Positions 51,561-61,740 of a stretch of DNA of 64,000 nucleotides are shown one piece after another (position 1 is the stretch's first letter; each line of letters begins with the position of its first letter). The notes below the pieces were generated by a model. It made no database searches. It saw nothing but the letters and a program-made list of their open reading frames with translations, and was not told the DNA's origin. This DNA is from Squalus acanthias (taxonomy: Eukaryota), in the NCBI GenBank assembly GCA_030390025.1, contig CM059431.1:142044001-142108000 (forward strand), written 5' to 3'. The translations under genes and the position numbers were made by a program.

Positions 51561-52179
51561 TTGTTTGTAAAAAGAGAATCCGGTTGTTTTCCGACGGGAG
51601 ACTCGGTAGTTGTGGAGGAGCGCTCCGTGATAGCGGGACTGCTTTATTTTTCAGATGTCTCTGATCTTAGTTCTGTTCCGGTGCCCCCTCTGACCTGCGG
51701 TCACAGATATCTGACAGCGGGCACTGGGCTCTCCTGGGCGACTTCTTCCTGAAGCGAGTCTCCAGCTGCCTGCTTGCCCTGCTGCTCCTCATCATTTGCC
51801 TCTTCCTGCTCTCCATAGACATAGTTGCAGGGGGAGGTCCAAATGAATCACTCCGCGCCGGTGGTGATGTAGAAACCGTTCACGAGCTGGAGATAGTAAA
51901 AGGCCAAAAACATGGACTCTTCAGAAAGAAAGTTTCCCCAAGTACACAATCCAAATAAACTGGATCCAATAGGAATCGCTCCAGACAACCGCCACCGAAC
52001 AACAAGCAGCATCTCTTTCGTGGAGGTTTGTGAGTCACAATACGGCCGGTAGAGGGGGAAATTACAATAGTTTTAACTCACATTTTCATCCAGCGGGCAG
52101 AGCGGGTGCTGGCAATTTTGGACCGTCGGAAAATCAGTGCCAGACATTTCCAAAACATGTTCTGCACCGGTCACCTCTT

Positions 52180-54560
52180 GTGTAAGTGTCGTGTATCACC
52201 AGCATTGGAGGAGCGCAGTCACACCTGGTGGAAGTGCAGTGGTTGCACTAGTACTGGAGGAGTGCGGTCACTTCTAGTGTAAAGGTACTGGTGTGAGTAA
52301 TACCGGAGTAGCACGGTCACTTCTCATGCAAGTGTAGGCGCCACTAGTAACGGAGGAGAACGCTCACATTTAGTGTAAGTGTAGGTGCCACTAGTAACGG
52401 AGGAGAACGCTCACATTTAATGTAGGGAGAGGGATGGAGTCGGTGGCTAGGGAACGCGGTATGTAGTGGGGACCGAAGACAATGGCTTCGGTGTTCCCAA
52501 CCTTGAGTTGGAGGAAAGTTCTGCTGATCCAATTCTTGATGTCGGATAAGCAGCATGACAATTTAGCGGTAGTGGAGGTGTCGGGAGATGTGGTAGTGAG
52601 GTACACCTGGGTGTCGTCAGCGTACATGTGCCCCATCCGAAATCACATCATCAGTTTTCACACATACACCACTCTGGACAGCTGCATTCTCTGTCGTCGA
52701 ATTACATTATGCAGACCACACTTGCGTCTTCCCACACTCGGAGGTCGAACTCCAAACTATCTCTAAACTATCACACTGCTTGTCCGACATCCATTACTGG
52801 ATGAGCAGAAATTTCCTCGAACTAAATATATGGAAGACCGAAGCCATTTTCTTTGGTCCTCACCTCGAAAACCGTTCCCTAGCACCAGACTCCATCCCTC
52901 ACCCTGGCAAATGTCTGAGGCTGATCCAGATGGTTTGTAAACCTGTTATCACATTTGACCCCGAGATGAGCTTCTGACCACATAACTGCACCATCACTAA
53001 GACCGCCTTTTTCCACCTCTGGAACATCCCCGACCAATCCCCTGTCTCAGCTCATCTCCGGCTGAAACCATGGCTCTCTTACCTCTAGACTTATCTATCC
53101 CAACGCACTCCTAGCCGGTCTTCCACGTTCTACCTTCTGTTAACTTGAGGTCATCAAAAACGCTGCTGCCCGATTTTGGTTATCTAAACTAACATTTTCC
53201 TATGTATCTTGTTGTCAATTATTGTTTGATAACCCTCCTGTGAAGCGCGTTGGGAAGTTTTACTACGTTAAAGGCACTATAAAATATCAAGTTATTGTAA
53301 TTGTTAAGTGTAAGGCTACCACGAGTACCGTAGATTCAGCATCATCGCTAGTGTAAGTGTTGGGAACCACGAGTACAGGACGAGCTTGATAACCACTAGT
53401 GTAAGTGTAGGCGTAACACTCGTACCGGAGGAGCAGGTAAACACTAGTGTATGTGTAGGGTTCCACAGGTACTGAATGGGCACGGTCACTACTAGTGTAA
53501 ATGTGGCAGTATCACTAGTACCGGAGGAGCACTATTATCTCTAGTGTAATTGTAGGGGTACCGCTAATTCAAAAGTAATGTGCTCGCGCCTAATTTATTT
53601 GTAGCGTTACTACTTGTACCGCGGAGCAGGGTAACCTCTAATCTTAATTTAGGTTACCACTAATTTAGGATGTGCACGGTCACCACTTTATTTAGTGTAA
53701 GGGTACCACTAGTGTAGGAGCAGCGCGGTCAATTCTATTGTAAGTGTAGGGGTACCACTAGTGTAGGAGAAGCACCGTCACCACTAGTGTAGGAGGAGCA
53801 CGGTCACCGCTAGTGCAATTTTATTGAAACTACTATTACCGGTGCAGCAGGCGCCAATCTAGTGTAATTGCAGGGTTTCCGCTAGTGTAATTGTAGAGTA
53901 CCACTAGTACTAGATGAGCAATATCAGCTCTATTGTTAGTGTACTGATACCACTAGCACTAGAGGAGCATGTGTACTGTAAGTTTAAGTGTAGACATTCC
54001 ACTAGTGAATGCTCACCTCTAGTATAAGTGTACATACAAAAATACCAGAGGAGCAAAATAATATATAGTGTCGGTTTCGGGGACCTGAGAAGCACGGTCA
54101 CATAGAGTGCATGTGCCGGTTTTTTAGCAGCACGTTCACATCAAGTGTATGTTTTGGGGACCACAAGTACGGGAGGAGCACGGTTACATCTGGTGTAAGT
54201 GTAGGGGTACCACTAGTACCGAAGGAGCACTGTCAAACTTAATGTCAATATAGGGGTACCATAGGTACCCGAGGAGCACGGTCACCGATAGTGCAAGTGT
54301 AAGGTACCAATTATCCAGGAGGAGCAAGGTCACATCTAGTGTCAGTGTAGGGGTAGCACTGAACAGGAGGGGCACACTCACATCTAGTGTATGAAGGCGG
54401 TTTCCACTAGTACACGAGGAGCACTGTCAATAGCAGTGTTAGTGTACAGCTGCCACTATTAGCATAGCAGCCCGTTCAATTCTAGTTTAGGCATGGAACT
54501 AGCACGGACACATCTAGCATTAGTGTATGGGGCCATTAGTGCAGAAGGAGCACTGTCTCC
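52180..54560 (-). repeat. Degenerate 48-bp satellite array (reverse orientation) upstream of GPCR copy 4, interrupted by L2 pieces
   Basis: Repeating CCACTAGTACCGGAGGAGCACGGTCACATCTAGTGTAAGTGTAGGGGTA, the reverse complement of the 26165-29500 unit. Confidence 0.9.
52425..53300. mobile_element. Back-to-back L2 fragments (about 52425-52630 -, about 52640-53300 +)
   Basis: HMYADDTQVY..LQLKVGNTE on minus; WMSRNFLELNIWKTE and L2 tail on plus. Confidence 0.75.
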
Positions 54561-54596
54561 TCTTATACTGCCAGACTGGGCTCATCACCAGTCTTC

Positions 54597-55815
54597 CAGT
54601 AGATGTGGTGTATTTGGACTTTCAGAAGGCCTTCGACAAGGTCCCACACAAGAGATTGGTGTGCAAAGTTAAAGCACATGGGATTGGGGGTAATGTGTTG
54701 ACGTGGATTGAGAACTGGTTGGCACACAGGAAACAAAGAGTAGGAGTAAATGGGTACTTTTCAGAATGGGAGGCAGTGACCAGCGAGGTACCGCAGGGTT
54801 CGGTGCTGGGGTCCCAGCTGTTTACATTATATATTAATGATTTGGACGAAGGGATTCATTGTAATATCTCCAAATTTGCGGATGACACTGAATTGGGAGG
54901 CAGTGTGAACAATGAGGAGGATGCTAGGAGGCTACAGAGTGACTTGGACTGGTTGGGTGAATGGGCAAATGTATGGCAGATGAAGTACAATGTGGATAAA
55001 TGTGAGGTTATCCACTTTGGTGGTAAAAATAGGGAGGCAGACTATTACCTGAATGGTGGCACATTAGGGAAAAGGGAGGTGCAACGAGACCTGGGCGTCA
55101 TGGTACATCAGTCACTGAAGGTGGGAAGGCAAGTGCAGCAGGCAATCAAGAAAGCAAATGGCATGATGGCCTTCATAGCAGGGGGATTTGAGTACAGGAG
55201 TAGGGAGGTGATGCTACAGTTGTACAGGGCCTTGGTGAGGCCACACTTGGAGTATTGTGTGCAGTTTTGGTCTCCTAACGTGAGGAAGGACATTCTTGCT
55301 ATTGAGGGAGTGCAACGAAGGTTCACTAGATTGATTCCTGGGATGGCCAGACTGACATATCAAGAAAGACTGGATCAACTGAACTTGTATCCTCTGGAGT
55401 TCAGAAGAATGAGGGGGGATCTTATAGAGACGTTTAAAATCCTTACTGGTTTAGACAAATTAGATGCGGGCAGAATGTTTCCAATGTTAGGGAAAACTAA
55501 AACCAGGGGTCACAGTCTAAGGATAAAGGGGAAGCCATTTAAGACTGAGATGAGGAGGAACTTCTTCACCCAGAGAGTGGTGAATCTGTGGAATTCTCTA
55601 CCACAGAAGGTTGTTGAGGCCAGTTCGCTAAATATATTCAAAAAGGAGTTAGATATAATACTCACAACTAGGGGGATCAAGGGGTATGGCGAGAAAGCAG
55701 GAATGGGGTACTGAGGTAGCATGTTCAGCCATGAACGCATTGAATGGCGGTGCAGGCTCGAAGGACCGAATGGTCTACTCCTGCACCTATTTTCTATGTT
55801 TCTATGTTTCTATGA
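54597..55815 (+). mobile_element. Young 5'-truncated CR1 with uninterrupted RT/C-terminal frame
   Basis: ORF 54527-55714 continuous from VDVVYLDFQKAFDKVPH to GIKGYGEKAG; (TTTCTATG)n tail; paralogous site near 26160 is empty. Confidence 0.92.
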
Positions 55816-56211
55816 TTCACTGCCTGTTCTGCAGGAGTTGCTGCACTAGAAGTGAATCAAGGTCAGGTCATGACGGTTATTGCCTGGGGAGCTGCATTCA
55901 CCAGGACTGTAGGAATAGGGCCAGCACCAGTACTGGGAGATTGCAATTCCGACTCGTAAACAATATTTTAATTGTGTATTTTTTAAAACTGTCCAACAAT
56001 AATTTCACTTATTTCTCTTAATCTGACGTATCAGGTAAGAAAAACAACTTGCTGAGTCGATTTGTTAAGTGACTGTAAATAATGCTAATTATGTTTTAAC
56101 CTGATTGACTCCCTGGAGGATTGATGTGTGGATAAATATAGGTTTTCCTCCATTGCCGCAGCCTTGCGCCAGTCAGAGTTCTTTACCTCCGACAGATTTC
56201 ATCTATTCTAA
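55816..56211 (+). promoter_or_regulatory. Displaced upstream/promoter region of GPCR copy 4
   Basis: Collinear with 7300-7705 and with 25765-26160(rc); separated from its ATG by a CR1. Confidence 0.7.
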
Positions 56212-59200
56212 CAGAGCAATAGTTATTGGGGACTCAATAGTCAGAGGGACAGATAGGAGGTTCTGTGGCAGCAAAAGAGACTCACGGATGGTATGTTGCC
56301 TCCCGGGTGCCAGGGTCCGTGACGTCTCGGACCGTGTTTTCAGAATCCTCAAAGGGGAAGGGGAACAATCACAAGTCGTGGTACACATCGGTACCAACGA
56401 CATAGGTAGGAGAAGGGACGGGGATTTAAAACAGGAATTTAGGGAGCTAGGTTGGAAGCTGAGAGCCAGTACAAACCATGTTGTAATTTCTGGTTTGTTG
56501 CCGGTGCCACGTGCTAGCGAGTTGAGGAACAGGGAGAGAGTGCAGATAAACACGTGGCTGCAGGGATGGTGTAGGGGGGAGGGTTTCAGTTATGTGGATA
56601 ATTGGAGCACATTCTGGGGAAGGTGGGACCTGTACAAACAGGACGGTTTGCACCTGAACCAGAGGGGCACCAATATCCTGGGAGGGAAATTTGCTACGGC
56701 TCTTCGGGGGGGTTTAAACTAATTTGTCAGGGGGATGGGAAAAAGGGCTGTAGTCCACGAGCCAGTGGTGAGTGTAGGGAGGTACTGAGGAGGGTATCAA
56801 GGTCGCAGGAATGTACCGGCAGACAGGAAGATGGCTTGAAGTGTGTCTACTTCAACGCAAGGAGCATCCGGAATAAGGTAGGAGAACTTGGAGCGTGGAT
56901 TGGTACTTGGGACTACGATGTGGTGGCCATTACGGAGACATGGTTAGAACAGGGACAGGAATGGTTGTTGGAAGTTCCGGGGTATAGATGTTTCAGTAAG
57001 AGTAGGGAAGTTGGTAAGAAAGGTGGAGGAGTAGCATTGTTAATCAAGGATAGTTTAACAGCGGCAGAAAGGCAGTTCGAGGGGGATCTGCCGTCTGAGG
57101 TAATATGGGCTGAAGTTAGAAATAGGAAAGGAGCGGTCACGTTGTTAGGAGTTTTCTACAGGCCCCCAAATAGTAATAAAGATGTGGAGGAAGAAATTGC
57201 AAAGCAGATTATGAATAGGTGTGGAGGTCACAGAGTAGTTGTCATGGGTGACTTCAACTTTCCAAATATTGATTGGAACCTTTATAGGTCAAACAGTTCG
57301 GATGGGATAGTTTTTGCACAGTGTGTGCAGGAGGGTTTCCTGACACAATATGTGGATAGGCCGACAAGAGGTGGGGCCACGTTGGATTTGGTACTGGGTA
57401 ATGAACCGGGCCAAGTGTTAGATTTGTATGTGGGAGAGCACTTTGGAGATAGTGACCACAATTCGGTAACTTTCACTATTGCAATGGAGAGGGATAGGGC
57501 CATACGGCAGGGCAGGGTTTATAATTGGGGGAGGGGTAATTATGATGCGATTAGGCAAGAATTAGGGAGTATAAGATGGGAACAGAAACTATCAGGGAAA
57601 GGCACAAACGAAAAGTGGAGCTTTTTCATGGAGCAATTACTGCGTGTCCTTGATAGGTATGTCCCTGTCAGGCAGGGAGGAAATGGCCGAGTGAGAGAAC
57701 CATGGTTCACAAAAGAGGTTGAATGTCTAGTCAAGAGGAAAAAGGAAGCGTATGTAACGATGAGAAAACAAGGTTCAGTTGGGTCGATTGAGGGGTACAA
57801 GGTAGCAAGGAATGAGCTAAAAAAAGAGCTTAGGAGAGCTAGGAGGGGGCATGAGAAGTCCTTGGCGGGTCGGATCAAGAAAAACCCCAAGGCTTTATAC
57901 TCTTATGTGAGAAATAAAAGAATGACCAGGGTGAGGGTAGGGCCGGTCAAGGACAGTAGTGGGAACTTGTGCATGGCGTCAGAAGAGATAGGAGAGGTGA
58001 TGAATGAATACTTTTCGTCAGTGTTCACCGAGGAGAGGGGCCATGTTCTTGAGGATGAGAGTGTGATAAAGGTGGATAGGCTGGAGGTGGCAGATGTTCT
58101 GAGGGAAGATGTTTTAGCAATTTTGAAGAACCTGAGGGTCGATAAGTCCCCTGGGCCAGATGGGATATATCCTAGGATTCTTTGGGAGGCAAGGGAGGGG
58201 ATTGCAGAGCCTCTGGCTTTGATCTTTGGGTCCTCACTGTCCATGGGGATGGTGCCAGAGGACTGGAGAGTGGCGAATGTTGTTCCTCTCTTCAAGAGAG
58301 GAAATAGGAATGACCCTGGTAATTATAGGCCGGTTAGTCTTACTTCGGTGCTTGGTAAGATAATGGAAAAGGTCCTGAGGGATAGGATTTATGACCATTT
58401 GGAAAGGGGCAACTTAATCAGGGATAGTCAACACGGATTCGTGAAGGGTAAGTCTTGCCTAACAAATTTGATTGAATTCTTTGAGGAGGTAACTAAGTGT
58501 GTAGATGAAGGTAGAGCAGTTGATGTCGTATACATGGATTTTAGTAAGGCGTTTGATAAGATTTCCCATGGTCGTCTCATGAAGAAAGTAAGGAGTTGTG
58601 GGATAGAGGGAAATTTGGCCGATTGGATAAGTAACTGGCTATCTCATAGAAGGCAGAGGGTGGTGGTGGATGGAACATTTTCGGACTGGAGACCAGTTAC
58701 CAGCGGTGTGCCACAGGGGTCGGTGCTGGGTCCTCTGCTGTTTGTGATTTTTATCAATGACTTGGAGGAGGGGACTGAAGGGTGGATCAGTAAATTTGCT
58801 GATGACACCAAGATTGGTGGAGTAGTGGAAGAGGTGGAGGGCAGTTGTAGGCTGCAAAGAGACATTGATAGGATGCAGAGCTGGGCCGAAAAATGGCAAA
58901 TGGAATTTAACCCTGATAAGTGCGAGGTGATTCATTTTGGTAGGGCAAATTTGAATAAGGATTACAGGGTCAACGGCAGGGTTCTGAGGAACGTGGAGGA
59001 GCAGAGGGATCTGGGGGTTCATATCCACAGATCTCTGAAGGTTGCCACTCAAGTGGATAGAGCAGTAAAGAAGGCCTATGGTGTGTTGGCGTTTATTAAC
59101 AGAGGGTTTGAGTTTAAGAACCGTGAGGTTATGCTGCAACTGTACAGGACCTTGGTGAGACCACATTTGGAATATTGGCCCAGAAATTGATCTCGCTCTG

Positions 59201-60450
59201 TTCCCGCGGGGGTAAGCCTTCCCCGCGATGTCTCACCTCGCTTATGCTTTTTCTGATCCAGCTCGCACGAAATTGATGTTCCAGACATCAGCTGTGCTGG
59301 GCTTGCGTATCCCAGCGGCGTAGTTAATTCGTGCGAGCTGTGGGATCACGTGACTCAGTTAGAGCCAATGGCAGCACACCATCTTCCATTCATAAGTCTC
59401 ACAGCATGGCTGTGAGACTTATGAATCTTACACCCCCCCAAAATAACAGCTAAACCTCAATTAAATTTAAAAAAAAACCCATCACATTAATAAAATAAGT
59501 ATAGTTAATTAAATTAACCATTTTAAATAAAAAATTAAATTTTTGAAAAAATTTAAAATCTTTTAAAAAGTTATAAAAATAAACTTACCTGTCTTTAAAG
59601 TCTATAAAAAAGATATACCTGTAAAAAAAATTCAAAAAAATACTTAATTCACTACTTACCTTCTTAAAAGCGGGTCTTACTCCTCCTTTTTACATTTCCA
59701 AAATCTTCCCTACTTACCTGCGCGTCCAAAGCATGAAGTGCACAGCGTGCGCGCAGCCTGTAGCGCGCACGCGATGCAGCCAGGCCCCGCCCCCTTTTCG
59801 GAAGAGCAATTGCCGGTTTTCAGCGCATGCGCAGGGCATGCAGAAAACCGGCAATTGGAGTGGGAATACGCGAGAGTATGCAGTGCGTACTCTCGCGTCC
59901 CGGGATCAATTTTCGGCCCATTGTGTGCAGTTCTGGTCACCTCACTTTCGGAAGGACGTGGAAGCATTGGAAAGAGTGCAAAGGAGATTTACCAGGATGC
60001 TGCCTGGTTTGGGGGGGAGGTCTTATGAGGAAAGATTGAGGGAGTTGGGGCTTTTCTCTTTAGAGCGGAGGAGGATGAGAGGCGACTTAATAGAGGTTTA
60101 TAAGATGATGAGGGGGATAGATAGAGTGGATGTTCAGAGACTATTTCCTCGGGTAGAGGCAGCTGTTACAAGGGGGCATAACTATAATGTGCATGGGGGG
60201 AGATATAGAAGGGATGTCCGAGGTAGATTCTTTACTCAGAGAGTGGTTGGGGTGTGGAATGGACTGCCTGCTGTGATAGTGGAGTCGGACACTTTAGGAA
60301 CTTTCAAGCGGTTATTGGATAAGCACATGGAGCACACCAGAGTGATAGGGAGTGGGATAGCTTGATCTTGGTCTCGGACAATGCTCGGCACAACATCGAG
60401 GGCCGAAGGGCCTGTACTGTGCTGTACTGTTCTATGTATCTATGTATCTA
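56212..60450 (+). mobile_element. Young CR1 LINE: 5'-truncated ORF1 (SGNH esterase) plus complete ORF2 (EN-RT) split only by a MITE
   Basis: IGDSIVR..CLPGA..HIGTND..DGLHL esterase; 862-codon EN-RT frame to 59190 continuing at 59922-60365; (TATCTATG)n tail. Confidence 0.95.
59177..59919. mobile_element. MITE family A copy with exact 3-bp TSD (ATT)
   Basis: TIRs GGCCCAGAAATTGATC / GATCAATTTTCGGCCC; ATT at 59174-59176 and 59920-59922; removal restores GAATATTGTGTGCAG (EYCVQ). Confidence 0.92.
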
Positions 60451-60884
60451 GAATGTGGCAACCAGCTATTCTGCTGATCAAAGAGATTTACTACCCGATT
60501 CTCGCAGCCGTCGGTGTCCCCGGTGAGCCATTGTAACCTGTTTGTTGTTAATCGGGGTTAACTGTATCCATGTACATACAGCCTGCTGGATAAGGTGATG
60601 TCTCTCCCAGATGTCTGCATTACATAGCTGGTAGTGACTGGAACCAACTCATGAACCACGTGTCTGCACTTTCCGCAGTCCCCTTAATCCGATAACCTTA
60701 CTGAAGTTACAATGTTCTTTGAAACTCCAGCACGAGGATTTTAGTGGATTTCCGGAGCGTCTTGTCCCCACGTGCAGAGTGAGCGCTGCAGCAGCTCATT
60801 ACAATGTGTGGGTCGTTTTCCCAGGTAATGGTCATAATACTAATCATTTTCTCAGACTGCTCCGTTTTGATAACCACTGTGATT

Positions 60885-61740
60885 GGGCCGGATTTTCTGA
60901 CCCCCAGAGGTGCGTACGAGGTGTGTAGCGGCCGCGCAATTGCCGGGTTCAGGCATGCGAAGCGCATGCGCTAAAGCCCGGCACTTGCGATCTGTCAAGA
61001 ATTCTCTGGACAGATCAGCCGCCTGCCCGGGAAAAGTGCCTCCGCGGGCAGGGAGTTGCGCTTTCTGCACAACTTCCGCCCGCTGAAAACCTTTCAAATA
61101 TTACACCTGATAAAAGCAGGCGAGAGATCTGCTTTTACCAGCATAAGTGTTTAAAAAAATAAAAGGATTTTTTTTTCACTCATATTTAATTTAAAAATAC
61201 TTTCAAAAACGGTAAGTTTATTTTTAGCCACGTTTAAAATATTTAATTTAAAGTAATTTTAACTAATTTTGAATACGTGATTAAAAATATTTATTTAATG
61301 TTTAACTGTGTTTTTAAATGCGATCCCCATTCATACTTTGGACAGATCTGTGGTTAGAGATCTGTCAAAATTGTGAAAGAAAGACTTGCATTTATATAGC
61401 GCATTTAACGACCACCGGACCTCTCAAAGTGCTTTGCAGCCAGTACTTTTTGGAGTGAAGTCACTGTTGTAATGTGGGAAACACAGCAGCCAATTTCCGC
61501 ACAGCAAGGTCCAACAAACAGCAATGTAATAATGAACAGATAATCTGTTTGTTATGTTGATTGAGGGATAAATATTGGCCAGGACACCGGGGGTAACTCC
61601 CCTGGTCTTCTTCGAAATATTGCCATGTGATCGTTGACGTCCACCTGAGAGTGCAGACGGAGCTCCCTCAGTACAGCACTGGAGTGTCAGCCTAGATTTT
61701 TGTGTGCACGCAGGAAGCCTGCGATCGGAAATTCAGGGCC
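60885..61740. mobile_element. MITE family B copy in the intron of copy 4, with nested SINE
   Basis: TIRs GGGCCGGATTTTCTGA / TCGGAAATTCAGGGCC; reverse-complement similarity to 22886-23640; absent from the introns of copies 1 and 2. Confidence 0.8.
61376..61700 (-). mobile_element. Deu-domain SINE nested in MITE B
   Basis: TTGCATTTATATAGCGC tail; TTGAGGGATAAATATTGGCCAGGACACCGGGG and CTCCCTCAGTACAGCACT core. Confidence 0.8.

Noticed and set aside
56203..59166. Antisense ORFs overlapping CR1 (and similar ones over other LINEs)
   Set aside because: Shadow frames of retroelement coding sequence with no independent coding evidence
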